DNA of 64,000 nucleotides from Bacteroidales bacterium (GTDB taxonomy: Bacteria; Bacteroidota; Bacteroidia; Bacteroidales; JAAYJT01): NCBI GenBank assembly GCA_014860575.1, contig JACZJK010000016.1:281935-345934 (forward strand). Reading direction: 5' to 3'. The notes under the pieces are model-generated. The model did no database searches. It was not told where the DNA came from and saw nothing but the letters and a program-made list of their open reading frames with translations. Both the position numbers and the translations under genes were made by a program. Positions 26,919-36,138 of the stretch are shown here, in pieces (positions within the stretch are counted from its first letter, which is position 1; each line of letters starts with the position of its first letter).

Positions 26919-29408
26919 TTATTCCTGAAAATACACCCGTTTTACCCTTCTTGAAATACCAGTAAGTACTTCGTAAGGAATGGTTTGCATGGCTTTTGCC
27001 AGGGCAGTGATGGGGTGGGAGGGAGAAAAAATGATCACCTCATCACCTTCGTGGGCCGGAATGTCCGTTATATCAATCATGCACATGTCCATACTGATAT
27101 TGCCGGTGATGGGAGCAGGTTTTCCGTGAACCAGCAAACTGTACTTTCCGTTGCTCAGGCTGCGGCTGAGACCGTCGGCATAACCTACCGGCACAATGGC
27201 AATCTGCATATCCTTTACAGCTTTGAATTCCCGGTTATAGCCTATGGTTGATCCGGCAGAAATAAACCTGATTTGCGAGATAATGCTTTTCAATGTACTC
27301 ACATGCTCCAGGAATGGCTGTTCATCCGAAAGATTGCTGATGCCGTACAACCCGATTCCCAACCTCACCATATCATGTTGCGCCTGCGGAAAACGGGCGA
27401 TGCCGGCCGTGTTCAGGATATGTTTCAGGAAGCCATAACCCAATCCGGTTTGCAGTTCGCTGCACATGCGTTCAAAAGCTTCAATCTGCTGGTATGTGAA
27501 CCCATCGTGATTGGGATCGTCGCTGGCGGCAAGATGTGAAAAAACGGATGCAACTTCAAATTTCGAATCCTTAAGTCTACTTATAAGTTGCGAAATATCG
27601 CCTTCATCAAATCCCAGGCGGTGCATGCCGGTATCAAGCTTGATGTGAATTTTTAAATGAGCATCCAAAGGTTTTCCGAACCGTTCATTTGCCTGTTCCA
27701 GCAAACTGAGGGTTCGAAGGTTGTAGATTTCAGGTTCGAGATTAAATTTAAAAATCCATTCATAGCCTTGTTCCTCGGGGTTCATCACCATAATGGGAAG
27801 CCTGATGCCGGCCTTGCGCAATTCCACACCTTCATCCGCATTAGCTACCGCAAGATAGTCAGCGCGGTGAAACTGCAGCACATTGGCGATCTCAAAACTG
27901 CCGCTGCCATAAGAAAAAGCTTTCACCATGGCTATGGTTTTCACACCGGGCCTTAGTTTGCTGCGATAAAAATTCAGATTATGCAGCAATGCATCCAGGT
28001 TCACCTCCAAAACGGTTTCATGGGTTTTTTGCTGCAGCGCTTGTATGATCCTTTCAAACCCAAACACCCTCGCGCCTTTTATCAGCATGCTTTCATCCCT
28101 GAAATCCAATGCCGGAAGCGCCTCCGACAAGGTTTTGGTGCTGGCGAAGAATGCTGCATTTCCCTTGAATTTATCTTGTTGTCTCATCATGGCAGGCCCC
28201 ACTCCAATAAAACGGTTCGGGTTTTTGTTGTTGATAAGTTGGGCGATTTCGGCATACAAATCTGCTTCATTGCGCCCGCTTTGCAGCATATCTGACAAAA
28301 TCACCGTTTTCCTGCGATGCTGGTTTTGCTGCTGCAGGAAATCAAGGGCGATGCCCAAAGATGAAAGGTCGGAACTGTAACTGTCGTCAACCAGCGAGCA
28401 ATTGTTGATGCCTTCCTTGAGCGTGAGGCGCATGGCCACCGGGTGTAATTGCAGCATCCGCTCGGCAATTATTTCAATTGCGAACCCAAAGTGCAGCAGT
28501 GTGAGCCAGCAATGAATGGCGTTTTCCACAGAGGCTTCATCGGTAAATGGAACATTGATCGCAATTTCTGAATTGTTATACACAGCTTTTATATGTGTGC
28601 CGCTTTCTTGTTTTTCGCAGGAAAGGATTTGCAGATTGGCAATGTTTTGCCTGCTCCATGTGATAAGCCGTGGTTTGCGACTCCATTGCAAACTGTCGTA
28701 AGCTTCGATAATTTGTTTCTGATCGGCACAACAAATCAGTTCATTGCAATTCCTGAACAGTTCAAGTTTTTCACTTGCTTTTTGAAGGCCGGATTCAAAG
28801 TTTTCGTCATGAGCCGGGCCGAGGTTCGTAAAAATACCAAGCGTTGGTTGGATGATTTTTTCAAGCTTTTCCATTTCACCGGGTAGAGAAATCCCTGCCT
28901 CAAAAACACCAAGTTCATGGCCTTCATCCATTTGCCATACCGATAACGGCACCCCTATCTGAGAATTGTAACTTTTGGGGTTTCGAACCACATGCCTGTC
29001 GTTGCCCATAAGTTGCCACAGCCACTCTTTGACAATGGTTTTGCCATTACTGCCTGTAATCCCGATCACCGGAATATTAAATAATCCGCGACGGTGAGCT
29101 GCAAGTGCCTGAAGTGCGTCAAGGGTATCATTAACAAGTACAAAACTGGCATTACTTTGCAGCCACTCAGGTTTGGGTTCTGAACTGATAACAAAATTGC
29201 GGATCCCTTTTTCAATTAACTCAGGAATGTATTTGTGACCATCGTTTCGTTGGGTCACAATAGCAAAAAAAACATCGGCCTGAATGGAAACCGGTTTGCG
29301 GCTGTCAATTAGCAGGTGGTGGATCGCCGCATCAACATCGTTCCCCGGAAACAGTTTCCCGTGGGTGATTTCGGCTATTTTACGGGCTGTATATACGTAC
29401 GCAGACAT
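26919..29408 (-). CDS. murF: bifunctional UDP-N-acetylmuramoyl-tripeptide--D-alanyl-D-alanine ligase / alanine racemase
   Basis: The N-terminal half has the Mur ligase P-loop GITGSNGKT. The C-terminal half has the Alr PLP site AMVKAFSYGSG and the C-terminal YEVLTGISRRVKR. Confidence 0.92.
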   Translation of the reverse strand: MSAYVYTARKIAEITHGKLFPGNDVDAAIHHLLIDSRKPVSIQADVFFAIVTQRNDGHKYIPELIEKGIRNFVISSEPKPEWLQSNASFVLVNDTLDALQALAAHRRGLFNIPVIGITGSNGKTIVKEWLWQLMGNDRHVVRNPKSYNSQIGVPLSVWQMDEGHELGVFEAGISLPGEMEKLEKIIQPTLGIFTNLGPAHDENFESGLQKASEKLELFRNCNELICCADQKQIIEAYDSLQWSRKPRLITWSRQNIANLQILSCEKQESGTHIKAVYNNSEIAINVPFTDEASVENAIHCWLTLLHFGFAIEIIAERMLQLHPVAMRLTLKEGINNCSLVDDSYSSDLSSLGIALDFLQQQNQHRRKTVILSDMLQSGRNEADLYAEIAQLINNKNPNRFIGVGPAMMRQQDKFKGNAAFFASTKTLSEALPALDFRDESMLIKGARVFGFERIIQALQQKTHETVLEVNLDALLHNLNFYRSKLRPGVKTIAMVKAFSYGSGSFEIANVLQFHRADYLAVANADEGVELRKAGIRLPIMVMNPEEQGYEWIFKFNLEPEIYNLRTLSLLEQANERFGKPLDAHLKIHIKLDTGMHRLGFDEGDISQLISRLKDSKFEVASVFSHLAASDDPNHDGFTYQQIEAFERMCSELQTGLGYGFLKHILNTAGIARFPQAQHDMVRLGIGLYGISNLSDEQPFLEHVSTLKSIISQIRFISAGSTIGYNREFKAVKDMQIAIVPVGYADGLSRSLSNGKYSLLVHGKPAPITGNISMDMCMIDITDIPAHEGDEVIIFSPSHPITALAKAMQTIPYEVLTGISRRVKRVYFQE

Positions 29409-29649
29409 TTGTCAGAAGTTCAAGGTTCAAGGTTCCGGGTTCCAGACTGTTTCCGCCGGAAATGCATTGAAGTTTATACAATGGTCATACAGTAGTCAAA
29501 CAATAGTCATTCACTTGAGCTTCAAAGTTGCCATTTTGCCAACTGCCAACTGCTACTGCCAACTTGTTCCATGTCTCTTAGCCCTTTAGTCTCCATGTCT
29601 CATCTTCCCATCTTCTCATTTTCACACCTTCTCATCTTCCCAGCATCTT
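29409..29649 (+). repeat. composite short-tandem-repeat locus A
   Basis: Contains (GTTCARG/GTTCCRG)x4 at 29418-29445, an ~11-nt GTCAnACAnTA x3 array at ~29484-29514, TGCCAAC/TGCTAC repeats at ~29538-29565, and an 8-nt array atcttccc|atcttctc|attttcac|accttctc|atcttccc|agcatctt at 29602-29649. Confidence 0.9.
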
Positions 29650-30730
29650 ACGATTCCGCTGCATCATTCCTGTCATCGCGGTGATTGACCAGTGGATTGC
29701 TTGTAAGTTCTTCGTATAAAACGCGGTTGCGGAAGATATCGCAGGCAAGGTAAAGCGCTTCCCTGAATGAGTCAGGTGATGCCATGTCTTTTCCAGCAAT
29801 CTCATATGCTGTACCGTGAGCCGGGGAGGTTCGCACAATAGGCAAACCAGCCGTAAAATTCACACCCGATTCAAAAGATAAAGTTTTGAATGGAAGCATT
29901 CCCTGATCGTGATACATGGCAAGTATGCCGTCGAATTCACGGAATTTGAATGAGCCGAAAAATCCGTCGGCAGGAAATGGGCCATAAACGAGCATGCCGT
30001 CATTGAATAACTCCTGCACCACCGGTGTAATCATGTTGACTTCTTCCTCGCCAATCATTCCGTTTTCGCCGGCGTGTGGGTTCAGGCCCAAGACTGCTAT
30101 TTTAGGTTTGCCGATATTAAAATCCCGTATTAACGAATCGTGCAAAGTCCTTATTTTTTTGAGAATTAATTCCTTGCTGAGCGCTTCGGCAACCTGCCGG
30201 ATGGGTAGGTGTCCGGTAACCATGCCGATGCGCATTTTTCCGCTTACCATTATCATCAGGTAATCTTCGGTTTCGAACTTTGAAGCCAGGTATTCAGTAT
30301 GACCCGGAAACTCAAAGCCGGCCTGACGGATAGCGTGTTTGTTTATTGGCGCTGTCACAAGCACATTGATAAGGTTGCGTTTCAGATCTTCAACGGCGGC
30401 CTCGAGCGACTGGTAAGCCATTTCACCGGATTCAGTGGTGGCAATGCCGAGATCAATCTTGACTTCGTCGTCCCTGAGGTTCACAATATTGGGTTTCTTG
30501 GCGCTTGCCTGATCGGCTTTGCGGATGATATTAAAATTAAAATCGCTGATGTTTATTGTTTTACGATGGTAAGAAGAAGCTTTTGAGGTGCCATAAACAA
30601 TTGGGGTGAATAACTCACACATGCGCTGATCAGCCAGGGACTTCATGATAACTTCATACCCTATTCCGTTAATATCGCCGCTGGTAATGCCAACATTGAT
30701 TTTGATGTCTTCGTCAGGTAGTTTGTTCAT
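29648..30730 (-). CDS. pdxA: 4-hydroxythreonine-4-phosphate dehydrogenase
   Basis: SGDINGIGYEV, GHTEYLA, GLNPHAGENG and TSPAHGTAYEIAG. I prefer ATG 30730 (MNKLPDEDIKINVGITSGD). Confidence 0.9.
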   Translation of the reverse strand: MNKLPDEDIKINVGITSGDINGIGYEVIMKSLADQRMCELFTPIVYGTSKASSYHRKTINISDFNFNIIRKADQASAKKPNIVNLRDDEVKIDLGIATTESGEMAYQSLEAAVEDLKRNLINVLVTAPINKHAIRQAGFEFPGHTEYLASKFETEDYLMIMVSGKMRIGMVTGHLPIRQVAEALSKELILKKIRTLHDSLIRDFNIGKPKIAVLGLNPHAGENGMIGEEEVNMITPVVQELFNDGMLVYGPFPADGFFGSFKFREFDGILAMYHDQGMLPFKTLSFESGVNFTAGLPIVRTSPAHGTAYEIAGKDMASPDSFREALYLACDIFRNRVLYEELTSNPLVNHRDDRNDAAES

Positions 30731-30777
30731 ATCGTTTATAATTTGAGCCAAATGGGATGCTTTATGATAATCAAGTG

Positions 30778-30785
30778 CAAAGATA
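30778..30785 (-). promoter_or_regulatory. Bacteroidota -7 box TATCTTTG
   Basis: Exact match on the minus strand, 47 nt upstream of the pdxA ATG 30730. Confidence 0.4.
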
Positions 30786-30867
30786 ATTCTATTCCTCTGC
30801 CATCCCAATCAAAGTTCAAGTTTGTAAGATGCGGTATTTAACGAACCTGAATCCGGTGCTTTTTTAG

Positions 30868-30875
30868 TAAGTTTG
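30868..30875 (+). promoter_or_regulatory. Bacteroidota -7 box TAAGTTTG
   Basis: Exact match, 20 nt upstream of ATG 30896. Confidence 0.5.
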
Positions 30876-30895
30876 CTCATTCAATACCATTTGTT

Positions 30896-31759
30896 ATGCA
30901 GGATTTTGTAGAACAGTTTGCAAGTAAGGCTCTCAGCGGTTTAAAAGAAAGAGCAAAGGAACTCAAGTGCCTTTATGAAGTTGAAGAACTGATGAAGGAC
31001 TCAGGCAGGAATGTGAAAGAGATATTCGAAGGCCTTTTAGTAGTTATTCCGTTGGGCTGGCAGTTTACTACCGTATGCGAATGCAGGATTATCTATGATG
31101 GAGAGCATTTTACTACCGAAGATTTTAAGGAGACGGAATGGAAACAAACTGCCGAAATTAATATTGACGGGAATATTGCCGGCGAAATACAAGTTTGCTA
31201 TTCCCAGTTTATCCGGCTTACCGGCGACAGCCAGTTTCTGCCAGAAGAACAAAAATTACTGAATACCATTGCCGAGCGCCTAAGCCGTTACATTTTTACT
31301 CAAAAGCTCAGGAAGAGTGTTGAAGTTCTTTCTAAGGCCGACGACCAAACCCAACAACCAGAAGAACTCAAAGTAGTGCTAACTACCGATTCCGACGAAC
31401 ACTGGAAATGGCGTTACCGGATTGCTGAAATCCTGGCTTCTAAAATGGATATGAATCGTTTTGGTGTGAAAGCCATTTACCTCATTGGTTCTGCAAAGAA
31501 TGCGAACGCCGGACCTGCCAGCGATATTGACCTTATGATACATTTTACCGGCAACGAGAACCAGCTTTGCCAGTTGAAAGCATGGGTTGAAGGCTGGAGT
31601 TTTAGCCTTGGATATTACAATCAGCTAAAAACCGGGCACAAAGTGGATCAACTAATTGATCTGCATATCATCACCAACAAAGACATAGCAAAGAAATCAA
31701 GCTTCGCAGTGCTCATTAATGGTATAGACGAAAGGGCGCGGCTGCTGCGGGAAGCGTGA
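30896..31759 (+). CDS. nucleotidyltransferase (Pol-beta superfamily) domain protein with unassigned N-terminal domain
   Basis: Minimal NTase signature in IYLIGSAKNANAGPASDIDLMIHF (hGSx9-13DhDh). The N-terminal ~150 aa has no motif I can name. Confidence 0.6.
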   Translation: MQDFVEQFASKALSGLKERAKELKCLYEVEELMKDSGRNVKEIFEGLLVVIPLGWQFTTVCECRIIYDGEHFTTEDFKETEWKQTAEINIDGNIAGEIQVCYSQFIRLTGDSQFLPEEQKLLNTIAERLSRYIFTQKLRKSVEVLSKADDQTQQPEELKVVLTTDSDEHWKWRYRIAEILASKMDMNRFGVKAIYLIGSAKNANAGPASDIDLMIHFTGNENQLCQLKAWVEGWSFSLGYYNQLKTGHKVDQLIDLHIITNKDIAKKSSFAVLINGIDERARLLREA

Positions 31760-31765
31760 CTTTTT

Positions 31766-31785
31766 CACCACAATAGACACAGTAG
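31766..31785. repeat. left inverted repeat flanking the GxxExxY gene
   Basis: caccacaatagacacagtag pairs with the reverse complement of 32302-32330 (accacaataggcac[attagttc]acagtag). Confidence 0.7.
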
Positions 31786-31813
31786 GACACAATAGTGATA
31801 AATTAAAACAAAT

Positions 31814-32227
31814 ATGACACAAGCATATCTTAATGCTTTGACAAGAAAGATTATCGGAGCAGCAATTGATGTCCATAAGGAATTAGGCCCCGGATTGCTT
31901 GAGAGTATTTATGAGAAGTGTCTGATACATATACTCCAGGAAGAGAAACTCAAAGTGGTATCTCAACAAAAAATCCCCGTCACTTTCAGAGGGATTCAAC
32001 TTGAGTGTGATCTTCGGTATGATTTGCTTGTAGAAGATATCATAGTTGTTGAGATAAAAGCTGTTGCAAATATTTTACCGATTCATGAGGCACAATTGCT
32101 CACTTACCTGAAACTGCTACAAAAACCAAAAGGCATTTTACTGAATTTTAATTGTACCAATATTTCAAAATATGGGCAGCAAACAATGGTTAACGATTTG
32201 TTTGCAAAGCTTCCAAAAGGGTATTAG
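31814..32227 (+). CDS. GxxExxY family protein (PD-(D/E)XK-like)
   Basis: Diagnostic GPGLLESIYEKCL motif. Size is ~137 aa. DLLVEDIIVVEIK is a nuclease-like core. Confidence 0.85.
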   Translation: MTQAYLNALTRKIIGAAIDVHKELGPGLLESIYEKCLIHILQEEKLKVVSQQKIPVTFRGIQLECDLRYDLLVEDIIVVEIKAVANILPIHEAQLLTYLKLLQKPKGILLNFNCTNISKYGQQTMVNDLFAKLPKGY

Positions 32228-32301
32228 CATCCAAACCAAATGTTTTTATAGAACTCTTAACTCAAATCTTTGAACAGACGAAATTGAAAACTTTAGAAAT
32301 T

Positions 32302-32330
32302 CTACTGTGAACTAATGTGCCTATTGTGGT
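32302..32330. repeat. right inverted repeat flanking the GxxExxY gene
   Basis: ctactgtgaactaatgtgcctattgtggt is the complement of the left arm, with an 8-nt insertion. Confidence 0.7.
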
Positions 32331-32348
32331 TCAAAACCTAATTACGCG

Positions 32349-33206
32349 ATGATAGCCTACTTCGTCAGCGATTTACATGGGAAATTTGAGAAATATCTCA
32401 GCTTGTTTGATCAGATCAGGTTCGGAAAACCGGATGTTGTATTATTTGGTGGCGATATTTTCCCACACCACAGTCTTCGGAAGCATAAGGATTTTGAGCA
32501 TATCAACGACTTTCTTCACGATTTCCTGATTCCTGAATTCATTAAGCTGCGCAACGAAATGCAGGGTTCGTACCCCAAGGTGTTCCTGATTCTGGGGAAC
32601 GACGATGCCCGTATCGAAGAGCAGCACATCATTGAGGCCGAAAAACATGGCATCTGGAAATATTTGCACATGAGACAGGAAACGTATGGCGGATATGAAT
32701 TTTTTGGATATGCCTACGTTCCACCAACTCCTTTTTTGTTGAAGGATTGGGAACGTTATGATGTTTCCCGTTTTGTTGATCCGGGTTGTGTACATCCCAC
32801 TGAAGGCTATCGCTCAGTAGAACCTGACGAAGACATTGAATATGTGACCATTCAGCAGCACCTGGAGAGATTAACACTGAAAGCTGATTTCGCGAAATCT
32901 GTCTTTTTATTTCATTCTCCACCGTACAATACCCTGCTCGACCGTGCTGCCCTCGATGGTGTAACGGTTGAGCATGTGCCGGTAGATGTGCACGTTGGAA
33001 GCATTTCCATTCAAAGATTTATTGAGACCCTGCAGCCTCATATTACTTTGCACGGGCATATACATGAATCCACAAGGCTAACGGGTTCGTGGAAGCAACA
33101 AATAGGGAAATCATTTGCTTTCAATGCCGCGCATGATGGCCCGGAACTTTCAATTATTAAAATCCCCCTTGAAAATCCGCCGGAAGCCCAGCGTATTCTT
33201 GTGTAA
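32349..33206 (+). CDS. metallophosphoesterase
   Basis: Calcineurin-like motifs SDLHG, GGDIF, GNDD, FHSPP and GHIHE. Confidence 0.8.
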   Translation: MIAYFVSDLHGKFEKYLSLFDQIRFGKPDVVLFGGDIFPHHSLRKHKDFEHINDFLHDFLIPEFIKLRNEMQGSYPKVFLILGNDDARIEEQHIIEAEKHGIWKYLHMRQETYGGYEFFGYAYVPPTPFLLKDWERYDVSRFVDPGCVHPTEGYRSVEPDEDIEYVTIQQHLERLTLKADFAKSVFLFHSPPYNTLLDRAALDGVTVEHVPVDVHVGSISIQRFIETLQPHITLHGHIHESTRLTGSWKQQIGKSFAFNAAHDGPELSIIKIPLENPPEAQRILV

Positions 33207-33338
33207 TTTTTTTAAAGAATAACAAACCAGGTCGAAATCAGTTTATTATTACCTGTTTTATTGCTGGCTTTTGCCTGTGTGCAACAAGCGCCGTAGAACC
33301 CTCTGGAAATCATAATAAACAATAAAGTATCAACTGCC

Positions 33339-34094
33339 ATGAAGAATGTGATTATTTTCGATGATGCTTTTTATATACCGCAGCTCGACCGGGAAAGAAA
33401 GATCTGGGTTTATCTGCCACCCGGATATGAAAGCAGCAACCGGCATTATCCTGTGCTTTACATGCACGATGGGCAAAACCTTTTTGATAATACAACATCA
33501 TATGTAGGCGAATGGGGCATTGATGAAATCATGAACAAGATGATTGAAGACGGGTTCCCGGGCATTATTATCGTTGGTATTGAACACGGTTCGGAAGAAA
33601 GACTCAATGAATATTCACCCTGGAAACATCAAAAAATGGGTGGCGGTTTGGGCGATAAGCATATTGCTTTTTTAGTGGAAACACTCAAACCCGCGATTGA
33701 CAAAAACTTCAGAACCCTCCCCGATCGTGAAAACACAGGAATTGGCGGCAGCTCTATGGGCGGGTTAATCAGTTGTTATGCAATGCTGAAGCATCCTGAA
33801 ATATTCAGTCGCGGGATTATATTTTCACCAGCATTCTGGTTTTCTGAAGAAAGTTATAAGTATGCAGAAAATATTGAAATCAACAATGAACTCCGGATGT
33901 ATTTTCTTGCAGGTGGAAAAGAATACGGCGATTTGAATGTGATTGAAGCCACAAAGAAAATGATTGATATTCTTCGCGCTAAAGGTCTTTCTGAAAATCA
34001 ATATCACTTCAAGACTGACCCTAAAGGCAAGCACACCGAAGCATTCTGGAGCAAGTATTTCGCGGAGGCAGTCCGGTTTCTGTTTGTTGGTTAG
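33339..34094 (+). CDS. alpha/beta hydrolase, putative esterase family
   Basis: PVLYMHDGQNLF and the nucleophile elbow GGSSMGG, with a late His (KGKHTE). No signal peptide as called. Confidence 0.8.
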   Translation: MKNVIIFDDAFYIPQLDRERKIWVYLPPGYESSNRHYPVLYMHDGQNLFDNTTSYVGEWGIDEIMNKMIEDGFPGIIIVGIEHGSEERLNEYSPWKHQKMGGGLGDKHIAFLVETLKPAIDKNFRTLPDRENTGIGGSSMGGLISCYAMLKHPEIFSRGIIFSPAFWFSEESYKYAENIEINNELRMYFLAGGKEYGDLNVIEATKKMIDILRAKGLSENQYHFKTDPKGKHTEAFWSKYFAEAVRFLFVG

Positions 34095-34118
34095 CAGGAC
34101 GAAAATACGGGATTATAA

Positions 34119-34514
34119 TCAGGCAGTCTCTACGATATAATACCATTTCGCATCATTCACGCTGCGCGATGGTTCATTCTTAAGCCTGATCTTTCTTCTC
34201 TTGGCCATTTTCTGGCTGTTCCATTGGTCAACAACGTTGATCCCAGCTGCATCGTGGCTTTCATAAAGGGATGCATGTCGCTGCATAAGTGGATATTTGC
34301 CATTTTCATCAAATGTTGCAATAACCGTCCCAGGGGAGATTTCTCCGGGAAGGCAACTCAATACTTTCTTACCCTGCATCCAGGTGGAAGTATGAGGTGC
34401 GCCTGCTGTTTTCTGTACCAAAGCAACACATTCATGGTTGCCTTTTTCATTGGCGTAGGCTGCGCTGCCATCCAGGCTTTGCAGATTCATTGTTGTGGTA
34501 TAGGTTCTGGCCAT
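34119..34514 (-). CDS. small BPSL0067-like (papain/CHAP-like fold?) protein
   Basis: About 131 aa. Cys in HECVALVQK, later His (QRHASLYESH), and a DQW..Q motif. The resemblance to the BPSL0067 family is from memory only. I prefer ATG 34514 over the listed GTG 34523. Confidence 0.45.
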   Translation of the reverse strand: MARTYTTTMNLQSLDGSAAYANEKGNHECVALVQKTAGAPHTSTWMQGKKVLSCLPGEISPGTVIATFDENGKYPLMQRHASLYESHDAAGINVVDQWNSQKMAKRRKIRLKNEPSRSVNDAKWYYIVETA

Positions 34515-34608
34515 GATTAACACTTTTTTTACGAACTGTTAGATTTATTTTTCAATTATCAGATTAACAACAATATCGGTTCTGTTAAAATATTCCGGAA
34601 GCTATAAT

Positions 34609-36138
34609 TTACCAGGCAAAGGTGGTTAGATGTGCTGCTGAAAAAACCTTGAAAAGGGAGTTGAAATACTCACATTGCTGCCAATCGCTTCCGGGATTTG
34701 TGCAGTCCAGCCCGTAAACCGAAGTGTGAGTGAGGAGCTCCACAGGTACAATATAAGTTGAAATTGCCATGAATGTTTTTTCGTCAGTCATTAGCAATGT
34801 AAGATAAATGCCAACGGCATACATATTCCCGAGAGCATCGTAAACCGGTTCGTTGCCATTTGATGAAAGCCAGGCAATTTTCCTGTCATCATCAAATTCG
34901 AGCCAATAAGAATATTCTTCATCCATTTCAAAACCGCTGATCTGGAATGCTGCTGCCAAATGATAGTTTACATATTCCTGCACCTCAACCATCACGTCCT
35001 CAAAATCAGTGGTTGAAAAGTCGTCCTTTACACCGGCGTAAGACAGACCGATGTAGTCGTTACCCGGAAAGCTTACATTAAATGATTCATTGATGGCATC
35101 GTAGTATAACAACTGGCCTTCAGGAACTGCCAGCACAACACCATTGTTGATATCCTCGTATATGTCGAAACGCATGCTTTCATAATCGAGGGTCACATTA
35201 AATTCTTCCATTTCAGTAGCAAACTTCAGCATGTTTTCCGCATCATCCGATGATTCTACCATCTCATTGATTGAGCGGTTCTTGGTAAGGTAAAATTCAA
35301 AACCATTTGTTTCAATCGGTTCTGGGATATCCGAATGTGCAAGTTCTTTTTCTACCGAAGCCATATCATCCACCGAAGCATCAATGGTTGCCTTTGCAGA
35401 AAAGAGTTGCGCAAGTTGCTCAAAATTAGGAGGCAGTTCTCTGACGGCTGAGGCTTCAAGCTCGGTAAGGTATTTGGCAGGGATAATCCAGCTGACATTG
35501 CTTGCACCTTTTTCAAGTCCGCCGTCGCCTACACCAATAAGCCTGCCGCTCGGATCAAATACCGGTGAGCCAGAATATCCAGGCAACAAACTGCCTTCAA
35601 GGTACAGGATGTTGAGATCGAGCGTTGGAAATCCAATCCTTGCCAACGCGGTTTTATCCTTCTGGGGGATCAGATTAGCCAGGGTTTCCGGATCAACAAA
35701 ACCTTTTTTCAGCGTTCGGGATGAACTACCTTGTGCACCGCTATTGTAACCAATTGCATAAATCTCGGTTCCGAACTTTATGGGTTGTTCAGAAAATGAG
35801 GTAATTGGCACTACGCCAGACGGAACGGGAGCCTGGCCGGGAAGGAGTTCAAGTAAAACCAAATCGGCTTTTTGCAGCACCTTCTTGATGCGTGCATCAC
35901 GCCACGCATTGTTCAGGTATAGTACTTTAATATTGCCGCTCCTGCTCATGCCATGGAGAGATGTTACCACCTCGTTTGGAGACTTCCAGACAAAACCAGT
36001 GAGAACATTTGATTCTCTGGCGTTTACCGTAACAACTACCCTGACAACTGAATTTTTTACTTTTGCAGGGTCAAACTGGCCTCTGGCGCTTAGTACCAAG
36101 GCAAAAAGGAAGCTAAGAAGTACAATCTTTCTAATCAT
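34609..36138 (-). CDS. secreted trypsin-like (S1) serine peptidase with ~270-aa acidic C-terminal domain of unknown function
   Basis: Signal peptide MIRKIVLLSFLFALVLSARGQ. Triad candidates TSLHG, ADLVLLEL and PGYSGSPVF. The C-terminal half has no recognisable motif and no T9SS CTD. Confidence 0.75.
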   Translation of the reverse strand: MIRKIVLLSFLFALVLSARGQFDPAKVKNSVVRVVVTVNARESNVLTGFVWKSPNEVVTSLHGMSRSGNIKVLYLNNAWRDARIKKVLQKADLVLLELLPGQAPVPSGVVPITSFSEQPIKFGTEIYAIGYNSGAQGSSSRTLKKGFVDPETLANLIPQKDKTALARIGFPTLDLNILYLEGSLLPGYSGSPVFDPSGRLIGVGDGGLEKGASNVSWIIPAKYLTELEASAVRELPPNFEQLAQLFSAKATIDASVDDMASVEKELAHSDIPEPIETNGFEFYLTKNRSINEMVESSDDAENMLKFATEMEEFNVTLDYESMRFDIYEDINNGVVLAVPEGQLLYYDAINESFNVSFPGNDYIGLSYAGVKDDFSTTDFEDVMVEVQEYVNYHLAAAFQISGFEMDEEYSYWLEFDDDRKIAWLSSNGNEPVYDALGNMYAVGIYLTLLMTDEKTFMAISTYIVPVELLTHTSVYGLDCTNPGSDWQQCEYFNSLFKVFSAAHLTTFAW

